From Eledone cirrhosa (Eukaryota): DNA of 64,000 nucleotides. A program made the position numbers and the translations under genes. The notes beneath the pieces were generated by a model, which saw only the letters and a program-made list of their open reading frames with translations, made no database searches and had not been told where the DNA came from. The stretch lies in assembly GCA_964016885.1 (NCBI GenBank), contig OZ024743.1, forward strand, positions 179,986,001 to 180,050,000, in the 5' to 3' direction. Numbering within the stretch: position 1 is the stretch's first letter; each line of letters opens with the position of its first letter. Shown here piece after piece: positions 1 to 13,482 of this stretch.

Positions 1-379
1 ATTTCTCCACACACAGACTATATCAATCATATAAAGAATTTGCCACCAGATCTACCAACCTAACACTCTTGTTTACCTACCTAAGTGCCTCTACCACACA
101 TATCTCTCTGCCACACTATATAAACAAGACGCACATGCGTGCCACACATATAACATTTGCACTATATAACCGCTTATCTTCATGTTGTATTTTAACCTGT
201 ATTTTTGATTTTTTATTGTACCTCTTAATATAAATGTAACCTCGAAGTGTGTACTGCCACTCTAAATTCTGTAATGAATGTTGACCCACAATGTATGAAT
301 ATGTATCAATGTTTGAATATGTATCGGTATGTCTCTCGGCTGAAAAGGAGGTCATATAACTGTCCATGCATTAATAAAT

Positions 380-426
380 TGCTCCGAAGAATCCAAACCT
401 CGGTTTGGAGGAAACAGCTGTAAGCA
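380..426 (+). ncRNA. Type I hammerhead ribozyme (U4C core variant), probably in the 3' terminus of a PLE lying upstream of the window
   Basis: TGCT-CCGAAGA-a-TCCAAACC/tc/GGTTTGGA-g-GAAA-CAGCTG-TA-AGCA. Stem I TGCT/AGCA, 8-bp stem II, palindromic stem III CAGCTG, UA cleavage site. Confidence 0.75.
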
Positions 427-672
427 CAATAATGTTTTGAACAGTTCTTTGATTCTTATATTTCATATAACTGCTCTGTAAATCATCTGATGTTTTTACA
501 TTGAGCTACTTAACTTACTGGTAATAAGGTAGTAATACATTACTGCCTACCACTATTTAGGGTGTGTGTAAAATACTTATAACTGCATAAGGTTTTGTAT
601 TTACATAACAATAAATAGTATAACTAATACTATATATACATATATATATAACGAAGGAAGTGTGGTAAAGAA

Positions 673-730
673 CCAGGTGGACCATAACGTACCAGAGTAC
701 TTAGTACTCAATGCGTTATGGTCCACCTGG
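673..730. other. 58-nt near-perfect hairpin
   Basis: CCAGGTGGACCATAACG (673-689) is the exact reverse complement of 714-730. Inner stem GAGTAC/GTACTC with a TTA loop. Confidence 0.85.
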
Positions 731-813
731 CTCCCTATACATATATATATACAGTCCAGAAATAGCCGTCGGAACGGCTTGAGCTCTGCCGTCGGGGGTC
801 TTGAAGATTTTCC

Positions 814-844
<31 letters not shown>

Positions 845-903
845 TCCAGCCCTTTTACAGTCGAGCACTCTTCAGTCAATAGGATTTTAAACCAATACTG
901 AAC

Positions 904-3010
904 ATGGATAAATATCCTTTGGATTACTCTATCAAGAATATCCCAACACCTTCTAACACTTCCTACACGAAAATGCTGATAGACAAAGTAGAGAATGTTG
1001 TTAAAAGAATGAGATGGAAAGCTTTGATTCTCGATGGACTCTTTAACACGGACTCTACGGAACATTTTGATATCAAAACTCATAAATACCCGCAAAGAGT
1101 AAAAGATATGACCGCTTTTGAACTAGACTTAGTAAATCTAATCAGCAATATCAATTTTCGGAAGTACTCTAACCCTTTTCAATCTAAACTATCTAATGAT
1201 ATTTCAATATTCAAATCTTCTAAAAATAAGTTCATTTTCTCCGACAAAACTAAAAACTTATACGAAGCTAATAATAATTTACACGACCAACTCTTAATAG
1301 ATAACGTCACCTCTAAATACCAAATAGCTAATATAAACACGTATAATAATATAAATAAGGAAGCTAAAGAATTAGCTAGTTCTTTAAAAATAGATAATAG
1401 GACAGAAAAACTTCTAAACGTAATGCATATATCACCCTTAAAGATCACAAACCTGACTTTATTAATCGTCCTAGTTGTAGATTAATCAACCCTGCTAAGA
1501 CTGATATCGGCCTTGCCAGCAAAAACATTTAAAATAATATAAACACACAGATTAGAAGTAAGTCTGAATTAATCCAATGGATAAATAGCTCTTCCGCAGT
1601 ACATTGGTTTAATAATATTAAATATAAAAATAGTTCTAGATTCACCCAATTTGACATTGTAGATTTCTACCCGTCTATCAATCTGACTCTTTTAGCGAAA
1701 GCCTTATATTTCGCTAGAAAGTTTACCAATATCTCTGATATTGAAGAGAATGTCATCTTGCATGCTAGAAACACTCTACTCTTTACTGATAATGACACTT
1801 GGGTAAACATATCTAACCCAGAGAACCCATTCGATGTCTCAATGGGCTCTTTTGAAAGTGCTGATGTTTGTGATTTAGTCGGCCTATTCCTCCTACACAC
1901 ACTTAAAGAAAAATTCCCTAACCATATTTTTGGGCTTTATCACGACGATGGTCTAATACTTTCCCATACCACCATAGGCCATAACTTAGATAGATTAAGG
2001 AAAGACTTAATAAAAACCTTCGCTAGTTTTAATCTTAAAATTACTATTGACACTAACCTTTCCAATGTCAATTTTCTAGATATACACCTAGATTTGCCTA
2101 CTGCTTCTTATAAACCATACCATAAACCTAATGAAAATTTAAAATATATAAATAAAGGCTCTTGCCATCCTCCTATAGTTTTAAAAAAACCTTATCCCTA
2201 ATATTAGTCGTAGGATCTCCACCCTCTCTTCCTCAGAAGCTATTTTCAATAAGGCATCCCCCTACTATAATAAAGCCCTTCAAAATAGCGGATTTAGTGA
2301 ACCGATTAAGTACATACCCAACAATACTAACTCTTTTAAACATAATAATAGGAAAAGAAAAATAATCTGGTTTACCCCCCCTCCCTACTCTCTAGCAGTT
2401 AAAACTAATGTTAGCAAAAAATTCCTAGATTTCTTAGATAAACATTTCCCTAGAACACATAGATACTATAAGATCTTCAATAGAAACTGTGTCAAAATTA
2501 GCTACTCCTTCGGTGCCCCTATCAAATCTTATATCATCAATAAGAAATCACCCAGAGAACATCAAAATTGCTCCTGTAGAGTCAAAAGTGAATGCCCATT
2601 ACAAGGTAAATGCAACACCAAAGCTATTGTATATGCGGCTAAAGTGACAACCATCAGCAACAACCAACCAGCCACCAGCAAACGATATGTGGATATCACA
2701 CATGACAAATTCAAAACGCGTTATTACTCACATGTCGCATCTTTCCGACATCAAGAAAAAAGATTCACAACAGCTTTGGCTAGCAGAATATGGGATTTGA
2801 TAGACCAAGGTATCCAATATTGGTCAATTTTGAATCAATCTAAAGAATATGCAAGAGGAACAAGAAGATGCACACTCTGCATAAGCGAAAAATATTGGAT
2901 TTTACAAAACCATCAAATCACCAAAAAACCTGCCTAAATACAAAAACAGAAATTTTCACCAGTTGCCCACACATGAAATCACACTTGCTTTCCAGCTCAT
3001 ATAAACTTAA
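904..3010 (+). pseudogene. PLE reverse transcriptase plus GIY-YIG endonuclease, frameshifted
   Basis: ORF pieces 904-1485, 1758-2201 and 2644-2937 carry consecutive RT and EN motifs separated by stops and frameshifts. Confidence 0.9.
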
Positions 3011-4285
3011 CTCACTTTCAGATACTTATCCTCCATAAACTCTTATTCTTCACTTTCCTAAAAGTATTCTCTTTACAGACTTCTCTTTCTGATTTACATT
3101 TAACTTTATTTTTAATTTTATTTTTATTTTTACTTCACATCCACCAGTAACCCAACACCCTACTTTTCGATTCACTTACCTAATACCTTCACATTCAATA
3201 TTTTACTTCTTTCACTACCTGATTTCAAATGTCACTTGCGTTTTCCACGCCAGATATATTCTGTTGTTTCGCAGCCGATTTTATATTTGTACTCATTTAT
3301 TCATATGGCTGATTTATAATCTGTATCTATGTGTCTGAGTGTGCTTATGTGTGTATACGTTCTGTATATGTATACGAACGCCTCCGTATGTATGCGTGCG
3401 TACGTATATATATGTGTGTGTATGTGTGTTTTTATATCTATGTTTTTTATATCTATGTTTTTTACATTCTTATTTTTACGTGTGTGTGTATGCGGGTGAA
3501 TGTATGTGAATGTGTATGTATATGTGTATATATGTATATGTATGTATGGGTGTGTATGTGTATGTGTATATATATATATAGTCGCGTACGTACGTGTGAT
3601 TAGATATACATGGGGCGATATATATATATATACGTGCCTCGTGTGTATGTATGTACGCATGCACGCGCTTTTCTCTGTACGTATTTGTGTGTATAAATAT
3701 TTTTTTATGGATATATGTGTATGTACTTGCGTACCTATGTTTGTTTTCTCTAGTGTTAATTGATTACTTTCTCTTTGATTTAAAAAATGTTTTTGATTCT
3801 CATATATTGTTTCATTTTTATACATATATCGAGAATGACACTTCTTTTTACTATTACACTTCCTTCCCTCTTTATCTTCCGCATATAAGTGACCGTACGT
3901 GTGTGTGTGTTTAAACGCGTGCTTTCATACTCGTATGTGTATTTAATACCTGTATCTGGATGCGTGTCAACTATATTATCATTTTCAATTTCAACTCATA
4001 TTATATACGTATTTGTGGTCACATATACACAAATATACTTGCCCTCATATATGTACTTACGCACACATTTTCACCATACACATGCATTTGTACATACACA
4101 CATATGTACATTTTTTAGTGTATATACATACATATACACATACCCTAACTATATTTCCTTATATTTTTTAATATATTTTTTATATATTCTTTTATATATT
4201 TTTTAAATATCTCTTGCATTACTTTTATTTATATATTTTTCGCATTTCTTGAGGAGACTTTCTAAATATTTCACTATGTTTTAAA

Positions 4286-4359
4286 TTGCCTTGTCCGACG
4301 AACGAATGAGGACGTTTTTCGTATTCGTCTTATTCTGGAAACCTCTGGTAATGAGGTAA
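4286..4359 (+). ncRNA. Type I hammerhead ribozyme (CCGACGA core) in PLE 3' pLTR
   Basis: TTGCCTTGT-CCGACGA-...GAATGAGGACG/CGTCTTATTC...-GAAA-CCTCTGG-TA-ATGAGGTAA. 9-bp stem I with GU pairs. Confidence 0.75.
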
Positions 4360-4460
4360 TTATAATGTATTGTTTATTATACATAAAATTTTGCTCTGGT
4401 ACTTACATAGAGCACTCTTCACTCCTATGACTTTTTCAATTTTCAACGGAAATTTCAATA

Positions 4461-4501
<41 letters not shown>

Positions 4502-4506
<5 letters not shown>

Positions 4507-5028
4507 TATTGAAGTTTGCTTGAAGCATTGTGGAACAATAAGTAAATATCTTTAAGTCGTTTGGAAGCCTCGACAATGCAAATGGGTAAATCTCCGGGTA
4601 ACAAGGTCCGGTGGTGGAGAGAGAGATGTAAGTGGGTGTACGTTGAGATGCGTGGTGTGTATAAGATGTGTGAGATGTGTAGAATGAAGGGAAGAGTATA
4701 AAGGATAAAAATAAAAATAACAACACAAGAGAGAGTTACCTTGGGAGAGATTTAATAGTCCCTATATATTTCGGATTCACATCCATCAACTGGGGTTTTT
4801 TTGGGGGGTGGGGGAAAAGGGTGTCTGTCGGACAAGTCCGGAACGCGTCTTTCGCTGTTTGTTGTTTTGAATATCTGAGGTATTCGGCAGAGCGCGCGTG
4901 CGCGTGAAATGGGGTCGGTCGTACAGAGGTCAGCGGCCGAATGAGAGAGTGGAATGGCGCTAGCTGTCAGTCCATTCTCTGCCTGTTTGTTAAATGTTAC
5001 TGTGTGTGCGTGTGTTGTTGTCTCGCTT

Positions 5029-5081
<53 letters not shown>

Positions 5082-6144
5082 GTTGCCTTGTTCATCTGTA
5101 TTGGCAGTGTAGTATGTTCGTATGGTGGAAAGCTACTGTGTGTGTGTGTAGTTGTCTCGTTTGCGTGTGTGTGTGTGTGCGTGTGTTGTGTGTTGTTGCA
5201 TCGCTTGTTAACTTAAACCAGCCATTTCATTTCGCTTCTCTCTGATCGGTTGTTTATTTGCGGTTGCAGTCGTTTGATAAAAAGCGCTTCCTTGATACGT
5301 AACGTGCCGACGTTTCTTTCAGTCGCTAGAATTGTGACAATGGGCCTTCCGTCTTTGTTTCCGCATTTGTCTATGTGTTTCCGGAAAGACGAGGCCCTGG
5401 TTTTAGTGTGTTCCTTGATCCGGATGTGCAAAGGTCGAATTGTGCTACCTATGTAGTATTGATTGCACCTGTCACATTCTATCTTATACACGACGAATGT
5501 GCGTAGGCAACAGTTAGCATGGCGTATCGGGCAGTCTCTGAGGGAGCATGCCTCAGTAGATTTTTCGGGTTTCCTGGAGAGGCATCTTCGCAGGGAGGAG
5601 CCCGAGTGGGCCAGGTGGATGTCGAGGCCCTCCCTCCGTATAGCCTTGCGGATAGCGTTGGTGGTTTTCTCGCCCAGGTGTGGCATTTTAAGGAAGCACT
5701 TGCCTTGGGTGCTTCTCTGTCTCTTGCGTCTGGTGTCTCCTATTCTGTCTGTGATCGAGGTAGGGTACCCGTTCGTCTCCAGCACCTCAAGGAATCGCTT
5801 GGTATGAGTGACACCACTCGCGGGGTCGCTGCATCTGTTTTTGATTCGCGCGATCTCGTTCGTGATGTATCCTCTTTTGGCACTGTTAGGGAGGGCGGAC
5901 TTGTAGTGAACGAATAGGTCCCTGCAGGCTGCCTTTCTGTAGAAGTTGCAATGGATTACTCCTTCTTCCGTGATGTTGATTCGGAAGTCGAGGAGGGCAA
6001 GTGACCCGTCTTCGTTGGGGTGTTCAACACTGAAGTCAATGTTCTCGTCCGTGTTGTTGAACGTCTCATAGATTCTGTTCGCCGTGTCTTGGGAAGTTCA
6101 CTACAAGTCCGCCCTCCCTAACAGTGCCAAAAGAGGATACATCA
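4502..6144 (-). mobile_element. 5'-truncated Penelope-like element (Poseidon/Penelope-type) with short inverted 5' segment
   Basis: ORF 5213-5785 has GIY-YIG motifs (VVYKIECDRCNQYYIGSTIRPLHIRIKEH, IKEALFIK, PQIN). RT C-terminus (LLDFRI) lies upstream. 6096-6144 is the reverse complement of 5863-5911. The 3' boundary is approximate. Confidence 0.85.
4760..4795 (-). ncRNA. Minimal hammerhead-like motif with non-canonical core (CAGTTGA)
   Basis: CCC-CAGTTGA-t-GGA/tgtgaa/TCC-GAAA-TATA-TA-GGG on the minus strand, at the expected pLTR position of the PLE. Confidence 0.55.
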
Positions 6145-6159
6145 AAGATGTTTTTGACA

Positions 6160-6365
6160 TCTTCAGTGGAATCTCTCTTCTGTCAGTAGTTGATAAATTC
6201 TTTGCCAGGTTCCTTCTTAATCGTCTGCTGATGCACATTGCACCCAACATTCTGGTTTCCGTCCACACAGATATGATCTTCACGGTGCATGTGGCAGATG
6301 AGGGAGTGGTGTAAGGAGTAACAGCTTGATTTGTACAATTGCTTTATTGATCTCATGAAGGCGGT
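6160..6365 (+). mobile_element. RTE-clade LINE RT fragment
   Basis: GISLLSVVDKFFARFLLNRL, DMIFT and FIDLMKA motifs, degraded. Confidence 0.7.
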
Positions 6366-6585
6366 ATGGTATATAAGACACTTGTTGGTTTGATCAGCCA
6401 TCTAAATGACAGCAACATCAATAACATGCTTTTCTCCCTTTTTTTTGTTCTAACAAGTTGCCATAGTCAGATACGTGTAGGCTTTCCACTATGCATGTAT
6501 ATATGTATATATGTATATATGTATATATGTATATATGTATTTATGTATTTATGTATGTATGTACGTATGTATGTATGTATGTATG

Positions 6586-7477
6586 TTCTTCTGGTTTTAT
6601 AATTTCACAAATGTTTTCCCAATAGAGAGAGAGTCGGTTTCTAACATAGATACAAGACTCTCTCATTGGAATTTACACATCAACTAGGTAGATTATGTAT
6701 GCATGCATGTGTAGATATGGTTGTTATTGTATCTGTAGATGTGTATGTTTTGAGTTGTATGTGTGCATGTGTATATGCGTTGTATCTGTACATGTGTATA
6801 TGCAGTTATTATATAAAAAATCTTTGGAATGTTTTACATATTTTTACTTGTAATTTCCTAACTAGTTGTGTTCTTTCTGTTCCTGTGAAGCCTAGCTTCT
6901 CAAGATTTGTATTGAGGCAGTTACTAACATACCCTAGTGCCCCAATAATCATAGGCATAAATCTGAAGGTGTAATCAGGGTGGAGTATCTGCAGATTTCT
7001 CATCAGTTCTGCATAAATGTTCTCCTTTTCGCTAATCTTTGATATTATATTGGCATCTACTGTGCAGCTAATTTCCACTATTGTGCATACTTTCTTCTCC
7101 CTCTCCCATATCACAATATCTGGTCCGTTATGCCTGCATTTTATTGGGCTTTTACTGGAACATTCCACTCGTACTCTTTTATATTATGTACGTGGATGTC
7201 TTCCACATTGCATTGTCCAGTGTTTTGGCCACTACATCATGCCTCATAGGTAGATAGTATCGCGATGACATATTTGGACAGCTGCTGATGACATGAGTGA
7301 TATCATCGATGTTAGTTCTGCAGAGTCTGCACTTGTTATCACATCTAGGTGTTTTGCCTGCATCTCTATCTCTTTTGTGAATCAGGTAGTTCGTGTTAAT
7401 CTCCTGTTCTTGGATTACAAAAGCGTATCCTTCAAAGTGGGAGCCAATATAGCGGTTGTTGGTCGAAGATAGACTTA
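6586..7477 (-). mobile_element. R4/Dong non-LTR retrotransposon family A, 5'-truncated
   Basis: RLE domain (HNGPDIVIWEREKKVCTIVEISC) and CCHC region. 3' UTR is closely similar to 37860-38136. (TACA)n-like tracts on both sides. Confidence 0.88.
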
Positions 7478-7660
7478 TATGTATGTATCTGAGTATGTAT
7501 GTAAATATGTATGTATATATGTAAACCGTGTATGAACGTCTGTGAATCGACGTATTGCCATTTGTATATTTGTATCCAGTATAAAGAGGTTTAGAAAATG
7601 TTAGAAGTAATCAAAGTATCATCTCATCCACATACTCACAAGTACACACGTCTACACACA

Positions 7661-7910
<250 letters not shown>

Positions 7911-7931
7911 TATATATATATATATATATAT

Positions 7932-8742
7932 ATATGATAATAAGGGCGCTGCGGAGTTGCAAATGGGTTACATATGAAAAAAGTTTGTCCTTCATCAGTG
8001 ATCTTCCAACTATCATAGGCATTTCATCGCTTTAAAGACCATATACCTCCGGTTGGTGCGAGCAACGGCTAAAAAAGTCGTTGGGACACGTAAATAAAGG
8101 GGACGCGAGGGTAAACAAACAAAATGGTGAGGCAACAGAAAGTGAGGAAGAAGGAGACAAGTCCCAGATTTCTATGAATTTAAGTTCGGTGAAATCGTGA
8201 ACGAGAGAATAAAGACCATCAAACCTGGTTGAAATGTGAGCAAGGAAGGAATTTCGCACAGGTCTAACGGGAGGAAGAAGGGGTCTGGTCTGCGAATTCG
8301 GTAAACATAAGTTCTGTGAAATCGTAGACGAGAGAGAAAAAATTCCGACCAGCTTGGCCGAGAATGTGAGAGAAAAGAGTTACTCACAGGTCAAACGGGA
8401 AGAAAGAGGAGGAGGAGGAGGAGAGGTAGTGACAGAGAGGAGTGAGTGAAGGGTGAGGTGAGGAAGGGGCTAACAGAGAGAGAGAGACTGCTAGAAAGGG
8501 TATAGATACATAGAACGAAAAAGACGGTGTAGCAGCAGAGGAAAAAATAGTGTAAATATGATAATAAGGGCGCTGCGGAGTTGCAAATGGGTTACATATG
8601 AAAAAAGTTTGTCCTTCATCAGTGATCTTCCAACTATCATAGGCATTTCATCGCTTTAAAGACCATATACATCCGGTTGGTGCGAGCAACGGCTAAAAAA
8701 AGTCGTTGGGACACGTAAATAAAGGGGACGCGAGGGTAACCA
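7932..8742 (-). mobile_element. Non-coding element with ~183-bp terminal direct repeats (624-bp period), pLTR or retrozyme-like
   Basis: 7932-8114 and 8556-8739 are nearly identical, with (TA)n on both flanks. Each repeat has CTGATGA and GAAA on the minus strand. Strand is tentative. Confidence 0.7.
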
Positions 8743-8850
<108 letters not shown>

Positions 8851-9999
8851 GTATATATATACATATATATATATATGTATATATGAGTGTGGTCGTGTGT
8901 GGGTGGATGTGTGTGTGTGTGGGTGTGTAGAAAGAGCGACAGCATGAGACAAACAGATTGCTAAATAGATAGACAGACAGTGATGTTGACATTTATATTG
9001 GTGTATACCTTGCCAGACTGTTTGATATTATCTTCTCTCGTAAAGATGAAAAAGACAAAGGCAATGTGATATTTTTACGCTTCACTCTTGGCTACAGAAT
9101 GAAAAGACAATCTATTCGCTGTTGAAATTCAGCCAATAAATAGAAACTCTTACCATTATGTATTTCATTCAAAGACATTAAATTATTTCTTAAATACCTT
9201 TTCACTCTGAGAAAATCATGCGTTCATTTATGTCGAAACAACACCCTCGACGTTTGTGGATTCTAATTCATCATTATTCTATAAATATAAATGATTTCTG
9301 TTACGAGCAGTACTTATCCAAAGAGGTCTATATTATTTGGTTCTATTTCTAAGACAAAGTTATTCTTTTAAAATGTCTACCCTCATAAATTCCTCTTCGG
9401 TCAACTTTGTCACCCCTTCCATTGTCCAACGGATATGATTAATACTTGGTACTTGTGATGTCAATTTAATTATCTTTATTTGCCGTATGAATTCCCATGA
9501 CCTCATACCAAATATATATATTATAGCACAATAATAAACTGTAGATAATCAATTCTAAGTTTCTTTAACTGACTAAATGATAAAGCTAAAGCCACACTTG
9601 AATACACAATTGTTATGAAATGTATTCACGCAGTACACGTTTACAGCACAATTTTTAGGCTATAAAATATAATGAAAGTAGATTCTCAAGCCAAGCTAAC
9701 TCCAGAATATTGATTGGGACATTTGAAATTCAAATGATATTGCCATGAGCAAAATGCAGTACCGATGACAGATTACAGTCACCCTCCACTTCCGATTGTC
9801 AACTTTATGTCGATGAATATTTAAATTTAATGACTATTTTTCAAATGAATGATATGAAAAACGTAATGACTATTGCAGTTAATTTGATTATCACTTGCTC
9901 AAATTCTACTGGAGTTGGTACAATCGACTAAATTAAGATAGCGTCCTAGTACTGCCGGATTCTATTGAATGAAATCAGTGAGAAGATTGAATATATATA

Positions 10000-10047
10000 T
10001 TCCTGATGATTTCTCCAGAATGAAACAGTTCTAGTCCTGTAGAAGCC
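10000..10047 (+). ncRNA. Type I hammerhead ribozyme in a solo pLTR fragment (~10000-10102)
   Basis: TTC-CTGATGA-tTTCtccaGAAt-GAAA-CAGttctagtcCTG-TA-GAA. Homologous to the 57041-57091 HHR, including the downstream sequence. Confidence 0.8.
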
Positions 10048-10108
10048 ATTTCTATATTAAATACTTATACTTACTGTGGTTACCGTCGATTGAACCCGAG
10101 ACAAACTT

Positions 10109-10236
<128 letters not shown>

Positions 10237-10321
10237 ATATAATATAATATAATATTATATTATATAATATAATATAATATAAAACGAAAAATCAGTGATG
10301 CATCTGAAATCAATTTATTGT

Positions 10322-10406
10322 GTGTTACAATTGTTTCGCCGACAGCTCGAGACACGATCATTACATGGATCTTGTCTGACTCTGGACCTGCGGGCTCGTC
10401 GGACAC
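10322..10406 (-). ncRNA. Type I hammerhead ribozyme with long stem II (CCGACGA core)
   Basis: GTGT-CCGACGA-GCC...GGC-GAAA-CAATTG-TA-ACAC. Palindromic stem III. Confidence 0.75.
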
Positions 10407-10580
10407 GTCTAATGCTTTAGGAGCAAATTCTTTCACTAGCACAATAATAAACTGTAGATAATCAATTCTAAGTTGCTTTAACTGACTAAATGATAAAGCC
10501 ACACTTGAATACACAATTGTTATGAAATGTATTCACGCAGTACACGTTTACAGCACAATTTTAAAGTTATAAAATATAAT

Positions 10581-10748
10581 TGGTTCTACTTTTTGGCACA
10601 AGGCCAGCAATTACCCAGTACATTAATGGTACTTTATTTTATCGACCCCGTAAGGATGAAAGGCAAAGTTAACCTCGGCGGGATTTGAACTCAGAATGGC
10701 AAGGGCCGTAACTCTATGCGTCAAAGTATGGCGTCCGACCCTCTACCG
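10581..10748 (-). mobile_element. tRNA-derived SINE (octopus OR-like, Nin/Deu-type core), 5'-truncated
   Basis: Minus strand reads GAGTTCAAATCCCGCCGAGGTTAACTTTGCCTTTCATCCTTACGGGGTCGATAAAATAAAGTACC (B box plus conserved core). Confidence 0.85.
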
Positions 10749-10843
10749 ATAATGAAAGTAGATTCTCAAGCCAAGCTAACTCCAGAATATTGAGTGCTCA
10801 ACCGGCATACCGCCTATGGAAGCATTATTAGCTTCCATCAGAC

Positions 10844-10876
<33 letters not shown>

Positions 10877-10880
10877 TATA

Positions 10881-11453
<573 letters not shown>

Positions 11454-11568
11454 ATATGAGTTTTTTGAATATTAATAATAATATTCGATTCGTTTGCAAT
11501 TATGCAAACAGTCTCTTTAAAGCTATGTCAATATAATGAGCCCCTCATTCTTGGTCTTGTGTGGGCAT

Positions 11569-11628
11569 GTAAACAGAGCTGCAGACACTAATATTTCTGG
11601 GTGATTACCTTTCATCAGTGCAGTTTAC
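11569..11628 (-). ncRNA. Type I hammerhead ribozyme with bulged stem I
   Basis: GTAAA-CTGCA-CTGATGA-aaGGTaatcACCca-GAAA-TATTAGTG-TC-TGCAG-(ctctg)-TTTAC. Confidence 0.75.
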
Positions 11629-11738
11629 TGCCAACTGTCAGAGCTAGTGAAAATATATGATATTTTCTATATTATGCAGTGACTGACCGGCCTGATTTGC
11701 ATATTAGCAGACCGGCTGATCAGTCAGAGCTCTCTACT

Positions 11739-11830
<92 letters not shown>

Positions 11831-11834
<4 letters not shown>

Positions 11835-12045
11835 TTCTTAAGCCAAACAAAAGGGTCGTTTGGCCGGTGCTTATCCTGGTTTCATGGTGTGAAGTGACTG
11901 AAAGTACAAGACTTCCCCCTTGACAGGACGCCAGACTATCGCAGGGTTAAACACCCACCTATTCATGGTACTCCCTTTCAGTTGAGTATACTGGAGCAAC
12001 GTGAAATGAAGTGTTTTGCTCAAGAACACAAGACGCCACTCAGCT
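11831..12045 (-). mobile_element. Second SINE family, 5'-truncated
   Basis: Minus-strand GTGTTCTTGAGCAAAACACTT motif typical of post-tRNA SINE cores. Confidence 0.6.
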
Positions 12046-13482
12046 AGTGGATAATCCTCATTATCTAGATATTAAAATGTGGCAACATCAGAAAACAGGT
12101 CTAGGAAATGATCTTATGTTTTCTGATCTTAGGGGCCAAGATATTCTGGGCTATCCATTGGCCTGTAGCGTCTTTATGAAATGTGTATGGCCTGGTCCTC
12201 CGCCTAACTGCATTTATTACGGATTCGTGGGAGTTCATTCCATATTTATCCAGTATTAGTACTGTCCTTGAGCAGCACACTTTATTTCAGATGATATTAG
12301 TAATTGGAATATCCTATAGAATCATTTTTCCTTAGTCTTATTTGATGAAGTTCACCTCCCTCCGTAAGTGAATAAGGGCTGGGATTTTGTTGTTTTGTTT
12401 ATTAAAACAATCTTAATTAATCTCCGGAACCTAACATGTTATTGCACCTTAGAGGTCATAACACCTGTCCGTTTATCGCCCGCAACATTTTTGAAGAAAT
12501 TTTATTTTATCACCTTTAAGCTTTGTTTGGTAAAGTGAAGATTTTATTTCGCTCTCAAAAATAACAAGAACAAACGAAAGTCAATCTCAATATGATTTCA
12601 TACCAGAATCTAGAAAGAAGTAAATAAGCATTTTAACACATTTAATCTAACATTATATCATTTGTACTACTGCACTTCTTTAAAACGAACTGTCATATCA
12701 AAATCAATGCAGTGAAATTTATAGATGTTTTAATAAAATGTTGACTTCAATGATTGATGTTAAAATGATTATTAAATAATGCGATTTCTTGGCATGTTTT
12801 CCAGTTACAATCATTCAATATATTTTCCTTCGATGAAATACTTTGAAAAGATGTCTCCGTTGTATTGAAATGTATTGTTTATTTCATATATTTTATATAA
12901 ACTTAGCGCATATTGTAGTGGCACGCTTCCAATATATCATAACGGTTAGAATATTACATTGAATATGTTCCAGGGATATTTAAACATTACTTCAAATATA
13001 ATGTCAGTTGTCTATCAGGATATGTTGCGATAGCCTACATGTCTTGATATTGTATTTTCTTTTAGTCTGGTTAGTCAAAAGGCAATATTTTGTATAATGT
13101 TAGTATACAATTTTGGCACAATATATACAAGACCGTTATTGCTCCAATCGGTCCACAAGACACTAAGAAAATATCCAAAACTATTGACTAACGCAAATAA
13201 AAGAAATAAACAATTAAAGAAAGAAAAAAACGTTCTTGGCCAACCCTTCTCCTGAGGCCTAACATCACACATCCTCCCTCTCCTGTAGCCTAACATCACA
13301 CCTGTTATTCAGGGCAAATATCGGCCAAAATTAATAGAAGTTATCTGTATTAATGGAGCTATAGAATTCCTAATGATAAAAAAGTTAAATCATGAAACAT
13401 TTTAAATGATGAACTCCATATTAAAGTGTAGAGTATAGAAACCCGGTATAAAATCGCGAAAGGCATATTTTCAATTAATAAT

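Larger units (their letters stand above)
840..4462 (+). mobile_element. Penelope-like element (Naiad-like), near full length, decayed, between (TA)n tracts
   Basis: Frameshifted ORF from 904 (YSIKNIP, KRMRWKA, SDKT, FDVSMGSFESADVCDLVG, GLYHDDGL, NFLDI, GIY-YIG region CSCRVKSECPLQGKC and RCTLC). Microsatellite-rich 3' UTR with a terminal HHR. GAGCACTCTTCA occurs near both ends (~864 and ~4410). Clade assignment is from motif recall. Confidence 0.88.

Noticed and set aside
904-3010. Selenoprotein-type Naiad (in-frame UGA at Cys positions plus SECIS)
   Set aside because: The conserved Cys positions I checked here and in the 58.8-60.4-kb copy use TGT or TGC, and I saw no clear SECIS.
7932-8742. 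LTR retrotransposon or TRIM
   Set aside because: The repeats lack TG...CA termini, and I could not identify a PBS or TSD.
12050-12400. Old CR1 3' end on the minus strand (IWNELP-like)
   Set aside because: A single short motif is too degraded to support a call.
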